From an uncultured virus (IMG/VR IMGVR_UViG_3300031992_000081) (Duplodnaviria; Heunggongvirae; Uroviricota; Caudoviricetes), in the IMG/VR virus record IMGVR_UViG_3300031992_000081: a stretch of 64,000 nucleotides of DNA; one strand, written 5' to 3'. Positions 9,857-19,336 of the stretch are shown here, one piece after another. The notes below the pieces were generated by a model. The model was not told the DNA's origin. It made no database searches and saw only the letters and a list, made by a program, of their open reading frames with translations. The translations under genes were made by a program, and so were the position numbers. The first letter of the stretch is position 1, and each line of letters begins with the position of its first letter.

Positions 9857-11230
9857 TTACGCGTCAATGAAACGACCAATACGGAAAGCAATATATCTGG
9901 GATCGTAGACATATACCATCTCGGAGCACGGCAATTCTACGAGATCCTGAGTCTGAATGCATACACACCAAACACCTGACTTCTCATTTGCTTTTAAGCG
10001 ACTCTTAACCGGATAAATATTTACGACCATGTAAATGAGCCGCTCCTCGTCCGTGGCAATTCTGATAAAATCGCCGGTCTCAGCGTCTTCAAGTCTAAAC
10101 AACTTACGATCAGTTTCGTCGTAGTTTCTCTCAATTGCAAATGTGTGATTCTGGTTCTTTGTTTCGTTTACGTTTTTCATTTTACGTTCCTCCAATTTAT
10201 TTTTTAATTTTTCATAAGCATACATTGCGGCATCAGCCATGTCGTCTTTGTTACTACCCCATAGATCGTATAAAAATGGAGCGTATAGACGCAGGTCTTC
10301 TTCACGTATCTTAAATTGCTCTTGCTTTGCATCTCCATAAGACTTACCTTTGATGTAAACTGGTAACTTATCATGTAACTCATTTAATGCAATAGAATAC
10401 GGTTCCAACTTGAGTCTCCGTGATTCATTACACAGATATTCATGACAAAGGCCACTGTAACATTGAGGACATACTTTTACGTATGCGGATCTAGATAATA
10501 TATCTAGAAAAGATTGTTTCTTAGATTTTGGCCATCTAAGAAAATAATCATCTGGATTCGTTAGTATATCACTAGCAATATAATGCTCGGGTTGTATATC
10601 AACGAACTCATGCTTAGGCAATTCCTTATGGCATATTTGACAATTACACATAGGAATATTGAGTTGCTTAGCAAGAAAATCCTGATGCTCTGTGTTAAAG
10701 TACTGTCCGAATCTTTCATTCATAAATGCCACGCAATCTGAACATACCATAGGGCCATCGGGTGAATAAATGCTATTTAAAAACTGTTGTGTTTGTTTTT
10801 TATCCCGAGTATATATAGTAGATCTCATGACAAAACTATGTACAACATGATCTGGCACTTTATAGAAATCACCTTTTGGCTTATGCTCGTTACAAAACGG
10901 GCACAAACGCATAGGAATGTTGAGTTGCTTGGCAAGAAAATCAGGACGCTCTGATGCATGGCCAACAGTCAGTTTATCAACCTGCTCATTTGCATCGATA
11001 AGATTAACAACATCAGCATAGCACGAAGGACATACATCCACTTTAATTGCTTCGCCAACAGCCCAATCACTCAGTTTCCATTTAAAACCAAACTGTGACT
11101 CTTTGTCTTTAATAGCATTTAATTGATCACAGTTTAATCTAGTCAAACGTAACCCGTCAAACTGATGTCCGCATCTTGAACAACTTTTAAGTCTATGTCC
11201 GCGAAATTCTGAACAATCATCTATTAACAT
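9857..11230 (-). CDS. multi-Zn-finger protein with internal repeat and fused C-terminal module
   Basis: Three CxxC...CxxC units; DFLAKQLNIPM occurs twice; in-frame internal RBS + ATG at 10180. Confidence 0.75.
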   Translation of the reverse strand: MLIDDCSEFRGHRLKSCSRCGHQFDGLRLTRLNCDQLNAIKDKESQFGFKWKLSDWAVGEAIKVDVCPSCYADVVNLIDANEQVDKLTVGHASERPDFLAKQLNIPMRLCPFCNEHKPKGDFYKVPDHVVHSFVMRSTIYTRDKKQTQQFLNSIYSPDGPMVCSDCVAFMNERFGQYFNTEHQDFLAKQLNIPMCNCQICHKELPKHEFVDIQPEHYIASDILTNPDDYFLRWPKSKKQSFLDILSRSAYVKVCPQCYSGLCHEYLCNESRRLKLEPYSIALNELHDKLPVYIKGKSYGDAKQEQFKIREEDLRLYAPFLYDLWGSNKDDMADAAMYAYEKLKNKLEERKMKNVNETKNQNHTFAIERNYDETDRKLFRLEDAETGDFIRIATDEERLIYMVVNIYPVKSRLKANEKSGVWCVCIQTQDLVELPCSEMVYVYDPRYIAFRIGRFIDA

Positions 11231-11233
11231 CCA

Positions 11234-11638
11234 TCATTTATCCTCCTCTGTTTTAAAATTACTAATCAAGATCTCAGGTTCGTCATAAATGTATACCTGT
11301 GAACATCTTGGTACGTCATAAATATAACCATTATCCAGCCTAACAATACTACACGTAGCATCGTCAAAGGTTGCCGTAGTAAAGAATATATTGTAAGGTT
11401 TGTCTAGAATTGATTTAACTGACCAATCATCTAAAGTATTTCTATTGTACTCATTATCTATAAGTGTAATGAGCTGACCGGATTCAACGTCATCCAATCT
11501 AAATACCTTAGGCTGCTTTCCACTAGTATTTCTGACTTTCATAAGTTCCTCCATTCTATTCTTCTGTAGTGCATACGTAAGTAGCTTTTCCATAAACCTG
11601 TATTGCCATAAAGCATCCTTAATTTTAACATGTGTCAT
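11234..11638 (-). CDS. hypothetical protein, similar to the C-terminal module of 9857..11230
   Basis: KVFRLDDVESGQLI...PRCSQVYIYDEP versus KLFRLEDAETGDFI...PCSEMVYVYDP. Confidence 0.75.
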   Translation of the reverse strand: MTHVKIKDALWQYRFMEKLLTYALQKNRMEELMKVRNTSGKQPKVFRLDDVESGQLITLIDNEYNRNTLDDWSVKSILDKPYNIFFTTATFDDATCSIVRLDNGYIYDVPRCSQVYIYDEPEILISNFKTEEDK

Positions 11639-11655
11639 TCATTATTTATCCTCCT

Positions 11656-12078
11656 TTAACATCCATCGTCTATATCAATTTCATCAGGTGTGTCTGAATC
11701 TACGTGTTTACGGTATACTACGTCGCTCATCTTTTTACCACAGTTAGGGCAATACTTTGAGTTATCCCCTAATGAGGTTTCACGACAAGCAGTGCATAGG
11801 TAATTATAGCCACCATCAGAGAATATCTGTTTAATCCAGTGAGGCTCTTCTTCAGCAGTACCTTCCTTAGGATCATCAATAGGATCATTTTCGCACTGTA
11901 GTCGTCCGGTACTGGCATCTACTCGATTGCACTTCCGTTCTTTACTGTTGTAAAACGGGCAATAATCCTTTATACAGTCGCCGAATGTTATTACCTTTTT
12001 AACACCATATCCACAAACTTTATTCATCGTGTCTCGGTATTTGTACGTATCTTCTACTGTTTGCCATGGGCATTTCAT
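11656..12078 (-). CDS. Cys-rich/Zn-ribbon hypothetical protein
   Basis: MKCPW...FGDCIKDYCPFY and CTAC...YCPNCGKKM. Confidence 0.75.
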   Translation of the reverse strand: MKCPWQTVEDTYKYRDTMNKVCGYGVKKVITFGDCIKDYCPFYNSKERKCNRVDASTGRLQCENDPIDDPKEGTAEEEPHWIKQIFSDGGYNYLCTACRETSLGDNSKYCPNCGKKMSDVVYRKHVDSDTPDEIDIDDGC

Positions 12079-12082
12079 TTAA

Positions 12083-12289
12083 TCACTCCTTCCAAAAATT
12101 AGGGCATCTATAACAGTCATGATCGGAACAATCCGAGCACGGGTCACAGGCACGTTCCTTAAGCGCTTCAATCGCTAATTTAACTGCTTCTTCTGCTCTT
12201 TTTGACAACTTTGGGTCGTACGTTTCAGGATCCAGCAATGATTCTAACATCTCAATAGCTTCTTCATTACTCATATTAATTACCTCCAA
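12083..12289 (-). CDS. small hypothetical protein (MxNEEAI type)
   Basis: MSNEEAIEML...AVKLAIEALK; likely start at 12274. Confidence 0.7.
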   Translation of the reverse strand: MEVINMSNEEAIEMLESLLDPETYDPKLSKRAEEAVKLAIEALKERACDPCSDCSDHDCYRCPNFWKE

Positions 12290-12623
12290 ATTTCATTCCT
12301 AACTTGTAATCTGTCGGATATGGTGTTCCGCAATACTCGCAATATTCTAATCTAACAGGTGCTCCACAATTTCTGCAATTGCATTTAATTGGATGTGTAA
12401 GATCAAATATAATCTCATTGTTATCTACGTGAAAGCTGCCTGTTAATTCGATAGAATAATTCCCAGTGATCGTCACAATATCATCAACCGGATCAAGGCC
12501 AATCTCACTCCTAGCTTCGTTTATGGTTTTTATACCATCACATTTTATTACTGTACCATATACACCATTACCATTATCCTCCATAAAATATAATTCATTG
12601 TTCGTAACAGTTTCTGGTCCCAT
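12276..12623 (-). CDS. hypothetical protein with Zn ribbon
   Basis: NCRNCGAP...CEYCGT. Confidence 0.7.
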   Translation of the reverse strand: MGPETVTNNELYFMEDNGNGVYGTVIKCDGIKTINEARSEIGLDPVDDIVTITGNYSIELTGSFHVDNNEIIFDLTHPIKCNCRNCGAPVRLEYCEYCGTPYPTDYKLGMKFGGN

Positions 12624-12635
12624 GTTAAATCCCCC

Positions 12636-12869
12636 TTAAAGTACAAAAATTGGAATCGGATAATGACTATCCAATTCAGCTACCATCTTTTCAATCTCTT
12701 CCATCAAATCTTCTTTATCCAAATGAATTAACCTAGTTAACTCAAATTCATCTCGTCTCAACGTAACTAGCACATCATTAGACCAACGCGGTTCTATATC
12801 AGCTGATACCAGATGTCTTCTAAAATATAATGAAAGATCGGAAAATGTATAATTCAACTTAAGGCTCAT
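12636..12869 (-). CDS. hypothetical protein
   Basis: 77 aa, AGGAGGTG RBS. Confidence 0.7.
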   Translation of the reverse strand: MSLKLNYTFSDLSLYFRRHLVSADIEPRWSNDVLVTLRRDEFELTRLIHLDKEDLMEEIEKMVAELDSHYPIPIFVL

Positions 12870-12884
12870 TTTGCACCTCCTTCA

Positions 12885-13127
12885 TTATCTCTCAATTTCT
12901 TCGTATGCATTATCACCAACCTTCTCGAAATTCCGGGCCATGTTTACATAAGACGTATGATGACAATAATCATTACCTTTGTCTTTGCAAATATAAGTGA
13001 CTTTAGGTCTTTTCAAAGCCTTTATAGCAAGCTCAAGTGCATCCGGTAAGTCTGGCAGATATACCAAAGACCAATCATCAATTACCATGAACTCTTCTAT
13101 CAGTTTTATAGCTTCTTCATTTGTCAT
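12885..13127 (-). CDS. small hypothetical protein (MxNEEAI type)
   Basis: MTNEEAIKLI...ALELAIKALK. Confidence 0.7.
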   Translation of the reverse strand: MTNEEAIKLIEEFMVIDDWSLVYLPDLPDALELAIKALKRPKVTYICKDKGNDYCHHTSYVNMARNFEKVGDNAYEEIER

Positions 13128-13294
13128 TTTTTTTTCACCTTCTTTTCTTTGAACATGTCAATATCGCCAACAATACAAGCTCCATCGTCACTAAATATCC
13201 ATTCTTTCGTTGCGTGTTTGCAAATAGAGCACCGTACTTTATTACAGATAACTTCGCACCTATCACAGATTTCTGATTTAGGCTTTGCACTCAT
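13124..13294 (-). CDS. small Cys-rich protein
   Basis: Start MSAKPK after GGAGG; CDRC, CSIC. Confidence 0.6.
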   Translation of the reverse strand: MSAKPKSEICDRCEVICNKVRCSICKHATKEWIFSDDGACIVGDIDMFKEKKVKKK

Positions 13295-13431
13295 CACCAT
13301 TCCTCCCATCCATTTTTCACACAACATCTGTGACAATTTTTAAGTTTTCCGCAACACCCATATTTCTTACCAACAATTTTAGCGAGTATAGGATAAATCC
13401 AATCATTCCAAAAGTTGAATTTATGTTTCAT
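13294..13431 (-). CDS. small Cys-rich protein (45 aa, below ORF-track cutoff)
   Basis: MKHKFNFWNDWIYPILAKIVGKKYGCCGKLKNCHRCCVKNGWEEW; fills the gap with coupled start and stop. Confidence 0.55.
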   Translation of the reverse strand: MKHKFNFWNDWIYPILAKIVGKKYGCCGKLKNCHRCCVKNGWEEW

Positions 13432-13574
13432 TCTGCTTCTCCTTCGTCATAATCATCGCATTCAATAGTAAACTTTTCACTTTCACCGTCTAAGAAATGT
13501 CCTTCTTTGCATTCATAGTTACCAATGTCAAAATGCTTACAAGAATGACATAAATCTTCAACTCGTACCGGCAT
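13428..13574 (-). CDS. small Cys-rich protein
   Basis: MPVRVEDLCHSCKHF...ECDDY. Confidence 0.6.
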   Translation of the reverse strand: MPVRVEDLCHSCKHFDIGNYECKEGHFLDGESEKFTIECDDYDEGEAE

Positions 13575-13968
13575 CTTCTTTACCTTCTTTCCAATGTATA
13601 TACTCTTCACAGTAGTGGCCAACAAGACATCGACCGGTTATATCATCAATGCAAGTACACGTCATACACGGACCTGACTTTTCTGGTTTGCTCTCTTTGG
13701 TTCTCATAGCTGCACCGCAATTCGAGCAGAAGTTATTGTTCTTGCAACAAACTTCTTCGCCACATTTGGAACACTTCATAATCGAGCCATCACCGTTTAC
13801 ATCTATCCACTCTGCGAAATCGTTCGTTGTATCAAGTTTCGCAATAGGAATAGTGACTGTCGGTGCTTCATGTATCTTATCAAACATAAACGCTACACCC
13901 GCAATAAAGTCATCGCTTTTACCTTGCAAAGAAATTACACCAAATTGATCAGCGTCTATCAATCTCAT
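13558..13968 (-). CDS. MRLIDAD-type Zn-ribbon phage protein
   Basis: MRLIDAD...CSKCG...NFCSNCGAAM; paralog of 17891..18238. Confidence 0.75.
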   Translation of the reverse strand: MRLIDADQFGVISLQGKSDDFIAGVAFMFDKIHEAPTVTIPIAKLDTTNDFAEWIDVNGDGSIMKCSKCGEEVCCKNNNFCSNCGAAMRTKESKPEKSGPCMTCTCIDDITGRCLVGHYCEEYIHWKEGKEDAGTS

Positions 13969-14330
13969 TTCTCTTCACCTTCTTTCCAATGCTCGTCGCA
14001 ATCACTATGAAAAGAACAGAAATTACAATTAGTTGGACTTCTAAATTTACACGTTCGGCTTTTAAACTCTTTTTCTGCTTGCTCACATCTGGAGATAGCA
14101 TCTTCTAGTTCCTTTATTTTTGCTTGATATACGATTTTACTATACTGTATTTCTTCAGATAATTTTTTATTAAGAGCAATTAAATCCTGTACTTGTTCCG
14201 TTGTATATCCTTCTACTCTATAAGCACAATAAGTCTTTGCTGGATCATATATGCCTTCCATACCGCAAACATCGGCTTTTATACACTTGCCACAGTACGT
14301 ATCTGCTTCTTCATTTGTCATTTTCTTCAC
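13965..14330 (-). CDS. Cys-rich coiled-coil hypothetical protein
   Basis: MTNEEAD, CGKC...CNFC. Confidence 0.7.
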   Translation of the reverse strand: MKKMTNEEADTYCGKCIKADVCGMEGIYDPAKTYCAYRVEGYTTEQVQDLIALNKKLSEEIQYSKIVYQAKIKELEDAISRCEQAEKEFKSRTCKFRSPTNCNFCSFHSDCDEHWKEGEEK

Positions 14331-14487
14331 CTCCTCAACCGAGCCATCGAGTATCTATATTTACCATTTTTTCTAGGCATCATAAGATGGTAACTCGTAT
14401 AACCACAACAATCATAAATCTTAAAACGCTTCGGGATTGGATATGGAAGATTTGCTGCAATTGCAATCCTAGTCATGTACATTTCTT

Positions 14488-14712
14488 TTAATGCGTAGAG
14501 CACTCTTCGTCACCATCTTTCATGTTTTCCCAATTAATACCATCAATGAAAAGAATATGATTGATATTAACTATTACACCATCTGACAAACGTGTAAACT
14601 TGCTTGTATCAGAAGGGAATAGAGCACTTAAATTTATAACCTTACATATCTTTTTTGCATCTTCATCTGAAATCTGGAGTTCACTTTCTCCTACAAATAT
14701 AATTCTAGCCAT
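14488..14712 (-). CDS. hypothetical protein
   Basis: 74 aa, AGGAGG RBS. Confidence 0.7.
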   Translation of the reverse strand: MARIIFVGESELQISDEDAKKICKVINLSALFPSDTSKFTRLSDGVIVNINHILFIDGINWENMKDGDEECSTH

Positions 14713-14721
14713 ATAGCCTCC

Positions 14722-15009
14722 TTACTCATCTAAAAACATAACAAAAGTTACTACACCCATCGTTGCCATACGTATTGGTTTGTTAATAACTTCATTAGAA
14801 TATAATGACTTTTTCAAGAATGGAGGAAGTTCGCTAAAAGGGGCTAACTCTAATATGATGTTTTCAAATTCAGCCCCGCTGGAGTCGCAAATGTATAGCC
14901 AGTGATCCAGTTTTTCACATCGTTCCAATGCGTTTTTAAAATATATTGTATTACCTGTTATCATTTCACGTACGTTACCGCATTTAACAAATTTTACTAC
15001 ATCGCACAT
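14722..15009 (-). CDS. hypothetical protein
   Basis: 95 aa, GGAGG RBS; starts MCDVVK like 23921..24115. Confidence 0.7.
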   Translation of the reverse strand: MCDVVKFVKCGNVREMITGNTIYFKNALERCEKLDHWLYICDSSGAEFENIILELAPFSELPPFLKKSLYSNEVINKPIRMATMGVVTFVMFLDE

Positions 15010-15021
15010 ACCATACCTCCA

Positions 15022-15234
15022 TCACAAACTAAGAATAGCAAGAACTACAAAAAGAATAAATAGCAGAATGCCGCCAATGATGTATTTAAGTTTTTGACTT
15101 TCCATAAACTCATCTCCTTTAAAATATAATTTGTGGGTAAGGATTTTCACCTTACATGATACCCTTTCAAGGACAGTATGTATCTTTAACTGCCATAAGC
15201 GTCTACCTATTCCGCCACCACAAATATAACTCAC
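15022..15234 (-). CDS. small membrane protein (possible internal start at 15105)
   Basis: C-terminal TM helix; AAGGAG before MESQK. Confidence 0.5.
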   Translation of the reverse strand: MSYICGGGIGRRLWQLKIHTVLERVSCKVKILTHKLYFKGDEFMESQKLKYIIGGILLFILFVVLAILSL

Positions 15235-15464
15235 TTAACATCGTACAAATTGATGCAACGTATGTACCAGTTAGATGCAAAGATACCATTTCGCTCTAAC
15301 CGTTCTTTATCTTTTCTTTCTTCCTCGTTCTTTGAATTACAGTATCCAACCGCAGCCGAATGCGACTTGAATGCTATTGCTGAGTTTACTTCCCTACGCC
15401 CTAACGAGTTATTGTAATACTCATTTACAGCTAAGAAAATCTCACCTATCTTTTCCATATTCAT
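15231..15464 (-). CDS. hypothetical protein resembling the N-terminus of 9419..9823
   Basis: SAIAFKSHSAA...GIFASNWYI versus PIIAFASKPAA...GIYDIKWWI. Confidence 0.7.
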   Translation of the reverse strand: MNMEKIGEIFLAVNEYYNNSLGRREVNSAIAFKSHSAAVGYCNSKNEEERKDKERLERNGIFASNWYIRCINLYDVK

Positions 15465-15735
15465 TTCCCTCCGGAATATAATATTTCTTAAGATCTAGAT
15501 TGCATAGTCTTAAACTACTTACTAGTTCTTCGTATTTTTCATTCCTTTCTTTATTTGCATCGTATAACCAATTTACAAAGCGCAGCCAATGGCAATTATG
15601 AGCACGATAAAATGATAAAGCCTCATCATTTAACTTCTCAGACGGTTCAGTCCCCGTATAATTAATAAAGTTTTCGTACCAATCGCTATAAAAATCGAAT
15701 AAAACGTAATGCAAATTGTTACTCCACGTTCCCAT
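15442..15735 (-). CDS. hypothetical protein
   Basis: 97 aa, AGGAGG RBS. Confidence 0.7.
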   Translation of the reverse strand: MGTWSNNLHYVLFDFYSDWYENFINYTGTEPSEKLNDEALSFYRAHNCHWLRFVNWLYDANKERNEKYEELVSSLRLCNLDLKKYYIPEGNEYGKDR

Positions 15736-15765
15736 AAATTCGTACCTCCTATTAAAAATATAATT

Positions 15766-15933
15766 TATTTTAGAAACCTTAACGAGATGGCCGGTCGAAA
15801 TCTTTATAAGTGTAAGTATCGTTCAGGCACCACAGATACTTACTGGAGAACAACAAACCATGTTTAGCAATCAATTAGAAAGGAGATGATCAATTATGGT
15901 GAAACCGGCCACCTCACTAAGGCTTCTAAAATA
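15766..15933 (-). ncRNA. putative structured ncRNA, copy 1
   Basis: 30-bp closing stem (15766-15795 / 15904-15933) whose 4 mismatches are all G-U on the minus strand; internal hairpin 15812-15843; covaries with copy 2. Confidence 0.75.
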
Positions 15934-15968
15934 CAAAAAGGTCAAGAGACTAGAATATAATTCCAATC

Positions 15969-16328
15969 TCATAGTTTTTCACCTTTGTCTACATATCTGA
16001 ATTTTCCAAAATATACTTGTTGGGCTAATACAGGATCAAACATTTCTTCAAAGTCGACACAATCATTCTCTAATAGAAACTCGGCTAATTGCCTACACAT
16101 TCTTAATTTAACATTCTTTTTCGCCTCTTCAGGATATAATTCGAGTGCCCATCTATCGATAGCAATCCTTGAAGCAGCAACCTTAATTTTTGGATTCTCG
16201 ACACGTACAATTATTTGCCCCATGTCATCGACTTCCGTGCCACAATAATCGCAATGCCATCTGTAACCGTTTAATATCATAGCAGCACCGCAATTAGGGC
16301 AAGTGTTATGTTTCATCTTTTTCACCAT
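15969..16328 (-). CDS. Zn-ribbon hypothetical protein
   Basis: TCPNCGAA...CDYCGT. Confidence 0.7.
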   Translation of the reverse strand: MVKKMKHNTCPNCGAAMILNGYRWHCDYCGTEVDDMGQIIVRVENPKIKVAASRIAIDRWALELYPEEAKKNVKLRMCRQLAEFLLENDCVDFEEMFDPVLAQQVYFGKFRYVDKGEKL

Positions 16329-16633
16329 CTCCCCCCTGTCTTTTTACTTGATCTGTACATTTCTATGTGCTCTCTTAGAGTATCTTCTCCATAATCATGA
16401 CTGTCAAACCATTCTACCGAATGAATTACATCTTTTAATTGTTTTCTAAGTATGTCTACTTCGGTACGTGCAGATTTAATATATCCTACAAGCCTAAATA
16501 CGTCTTTTGATACATCCTCATATCCTTCTTTCTTTAATATAACAGCCATGTCGGTAAGACTATTTATACTGTCTAACCCAAAAAACTCTTCTGTGTCCTT
16601 ACAATACAAATAATCAAATGAACCACCACTCAT
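16322..16633 (-). CDS. hypothetical phage protein
   Basis: MSGGSFDYLY...HSVEWFDSHDYGED; ATGA coupling. Confidence 0.75.
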   Translation of the reverse strand: MSGGSFDYLYCKDTEEFFGLDSINSLTDMAVILKKEGYEDVSKDVFRLVGYIKSARTEVDILRKQLKDVIHSVEWFDSHDYGEDTLREHIEMYRSSKKTGGRW

Positions 16634-16971
16634 TCTCCTTCACCTTCTTCCCAAAATAGATTGTTCTTAATATTTTCAACCATATTTTTATCTGTAATCG
16701 CATATACTTTATCTGATTCTACCCAGTCAACATATATAATAGGGATCTTTTTTATACCTGCAGAAAATAATGCCTGTTCAACAGCTCCTTTATGTTCTGG
16801 ATTCATAACAAGTACCATATCGGATATAATTCCTTTGTCTCGAAGCTCTTTGTACTTAAGTTCCTCTTCCGCTTTAACTAAACTGTCTATCATTTTTTGC
16901 ATCATTGATTCATTATCAGATTCCAAAGCTTTCTTTGCCTCCTCCTCCTCTGACAGCATTTTATCTCTCAT
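16630..16971 (-). CDS. hypothetical protein
   Basis: Start MRDKML chosen from the RBS; in frame with the track ORF. Confidence 0.65.
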   Translation of the reverse strand: MRDKMLSEEEEAKKALESDNESMMQKMIDSLVKAEEELKYKELRDKGIISDMVLVMNPEHKGAVEQALFSAGIKKIPIIYVDWVESDKVYAITDKNMVENIKNNLFWEEGEGE

Positions 16972-17133
16972 TTTCTTCGCCTTCTTTCTTAATGTTATTG
17001 AACATGCAAAGCAAAATATAAATCCAAGCACAATTACTATCTATCTTAATCTCAGGAGGATCCGTTGATTGAGAAGATGGTCCAAAATACATCATTGGTA
17101 AATCATCATCAGTTCGATCCCTAAATATGAAAC

Positions 17134-17382
17134 TCATTTCTCGTCACCTACTCTCATATTCCATTGGTTAATTGCTTCCAAAGCCCCGTTTGCTTCAATG
17201 GTAACCTCACCTGTACTATCTTGATAAATTTTGCTTGTATATGCTCTTGTTGACGATTTACATTTACCGCATTGAATAGCATAACTATTCTCAATCGTTC
17301 CATTATGGTTAATGCCAGTTGATAGCTGAATAATATTAGCAGTACCACCGCAAAATGGACATTTTTTAATATTATTTTTCAT
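17134..17382 (-). CDS. Lar-like (restriction alleviation) Zn-finger protein
   Basis: KKCPFCGG...IQCGKC...EAINQWNMR matches the Lar-family pattern. Confidence 0.6.
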   Translation of the reverse strand: MKNNIKKCPFCGGTANIIQLSTGINHNGTIENSYAIQCGKCKSSTRAYTSKIYQDSTGEVTIEANGALEAINQWNMRVGDEK

Positions 17383-17594
17383 TCTTTTTTCCTCCTATCA
17401 ACTTTAAATATAACATAATCTTTACTCATGATTTGATCTAGTGTCGTATTTAGCTCTACGAATAAATATGGTTCTTCATCATCGTCTGCTCGCTTTAGAG
17501 TTCCAGATATGTTTTTGTATGCCCTTGCCTTAAGAACGTAAATACTAATGTTAAAACCAACTGAAACACCAGCTATAAAATATAACCAAATCAT
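17379..17594 (-). CDS. small membrane-anchored protein
   Basis: N-terminal TM, then GTL...EPYLFVEL. Confidence 0.7.
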   Translation of the reverse strand: MIWLYFIAGVSVGFNISIYVLKARAYKNISGTLKRADDDEEPYLFVELNTTLDQIMSKDYVIFKVDRRKKE

Positions 17595-17890
17595 TTTTCT
17601 TCACCTTCTTTCTTCATATTCAAATGGCATTCTGGACATTCATCAAATAGTTCAACGGAAAGAGCCTTACAATTCGAACACTCATACAAATCCATAAAAG
17701 GCGCAAATGCAGTTCCGTTTCCATACAGTCCTTTGTGTATCCAAGCTGCCTCACTCACTTTTCTTCACCCTCTTTCATTTTTCGCATAGCACTGCACTTT
17801 GTGCATCTTTGAAACAAAATACCATCTCTTTCAATAACTTTAAAAGAATGATCGCATGAGTACACTTTTGCAAACGCCTTATTTATATCG

Positions 17891-18238
17891 TCAGCTATCC
17901 TTTGATGCTTCGGTGTAAGTTTCATTCTGATCACCTTCTCTCTTACGAATTATTTCAAAGGCTTCTTCTGTTATAGGTACTCCGCAATTTGGACAGAAGT
18001 TAAACTCATAATGCGTTGATGGCTTCGAATATCCACATTTATTGCAGTTAAGTGTTTCAAAGTGTCCATCAAATCCTTCTATCCATTTACCGCGTGGTAT
18101 TTCTATTGTCTTTTCGCTTTTTATAACTCCGATACACCCATTTATTTCTGAAACCCGTTCAGTATTTCCAAAATAATTCGCCGTTTTTATGACTTCTAAT
18201 AAGTGGTCAATTAGTACATCCGCGTCAATCAACCTCAT
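17891..18238 (-). CDS. MRLIDAD-type Zn-ribbon phage protein
   Basis: MRLIDAD...GKWI...CNKCG...FNFCPNCG. Confidence 0.75.
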   Translation of the reverse strand: MRLIDADVLIDHLLEVIKTANYFGNTERVSEINGCIGVIKSEKTIEIPRGKWIEGFDGHFETLNCNKCGYSKPSTHYEFNFCPNCGVPITEEAFEIIRKREGDQNETYTEASKDS

Positions 18239-18244
18239 TTCTCA

Positions 18245-18526
18245 TCACCTTCTTTTCTTATTCAAACGTTCTACTGCTTTTTCTGCCCTGTCTTTATGGA
18301 TATAGATTGACTTGTCACCATACATTGACACTTTATACTTAACCTCTTCGATATATGCCTCGCAATGCTTCTCTCCATTACATCTAGAAGTTCCATATCC
18401 TCCACAATAAGGACAATATGTAGATGTTTCTTCACAGGGTGGAATAACCTCATATACAATAGTACCTACAGGAACAGGAAGTACAATTAACCTATTTTCT
18501 TTTTCAAGCCTTTCATAGTTTCTCAT
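18245..18526 (-). CDS. hypothetical phage protein
   Basis: RLIVLPVPVGTIVYEV...AEKAV, Cys cluster. Confidence 0.7.
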   Translation of the reverse strand: MRNYERLEKENRLIVLPVPVGTIVYEVIPPCEETSTYCPYCGGYGTSRCNGEKHCEAYIEEVKYKVSMYGDKSIYIHKDRAEKAVERLNKKRR

Positions 18527-18686
18527 TTTTCGTCACCTTTTTTCTTTACTGCTTCCATAAAACCGATTTTTGCAAGTATTCCACATTTCTTACATCTCAT
18601 ATTTGTGTGTCCATACTGTTCCCAGTCGTGTTTGCAGTTCCGTTGTTCTCTTTTAGCCAAAGAAGCCAACAAATCAGGGTTTACAA

Positions 18687-19322
18687 TCATCCTTTTTCAC
18701 CTTCTCTCTCTTTACGCAAAGCTTCCCAAGCTGCATCCGCATCTGGATCGTTGAAATACTTAACGATCATAGACAATGGAAGACGATCGTTCGTATACGG
18801 CTTCCACATTAAATGTTCCCACCAACAAGGCTCTCCGTCTTTAGACGTCCAACTAGGACTTTCATACATCTGTCGATAAGGATTGTTCCAACCGTACGTA
18901 TCAATAGTAATACTATCGCCACAACAGTCATGAATACGTACCAACACAGAATCCACTTCAAGTCTCTTAGCGAGCCGGCATAGCCAGTTCATGAATTCTC
19001 TATGAGTTTCATAGAACGTACAGTCACGAAGAGAACCTTTAACAGTAAGTACATATAATGACTGCTTTCTGAGCCACCCAGTTGCCCGATCTTTTTCTCC
19101 GTACCAATCAGTAAGGTTATTGGTTCGGTCACCATACTCATCCGCATTTGATGAAACATTGTGACCTTTTCGCCTATTCACATACACTTCCATATCACCT
19201 TCAGAGCCAATTACTCTAGGCAAATGATTAAGAACTGTTGTTAGAATATAATCTATTTCAGCCTGAGTTCTACCAGGAACATTAACCTCAATAGTACCAG
19301 AAATATAAGTCCAAAAACTCAT
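18687..19322 (-). CDS. hypothetical phage protein
   Basis: MSFWTYISGTI...GSLRD; AAGGAG RBS before 19322. Confidence 0.8.
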   Translation of the reverse strand: MSFWTYISGTIEVNVPGRTQAEIDYILTTVLNHLPRVIGSEGDMEVYVNRRKGHNVSSNADEYGDRTNNLTDWYGEKDRATGWLRKQSLYVLTVKGSLRDCTFYETHREFMNWLCRLAKRLEVDSVLVRIHDCCGDSITIDTYGWNNPYRQMYESPSWTSKDGEPCWWEHLMWKPYTNDRLPLSMIVKYFNDPDADAAWEALRKEREGEKG

Positions 19323-19336
19323 AGTATCACTCTCCT

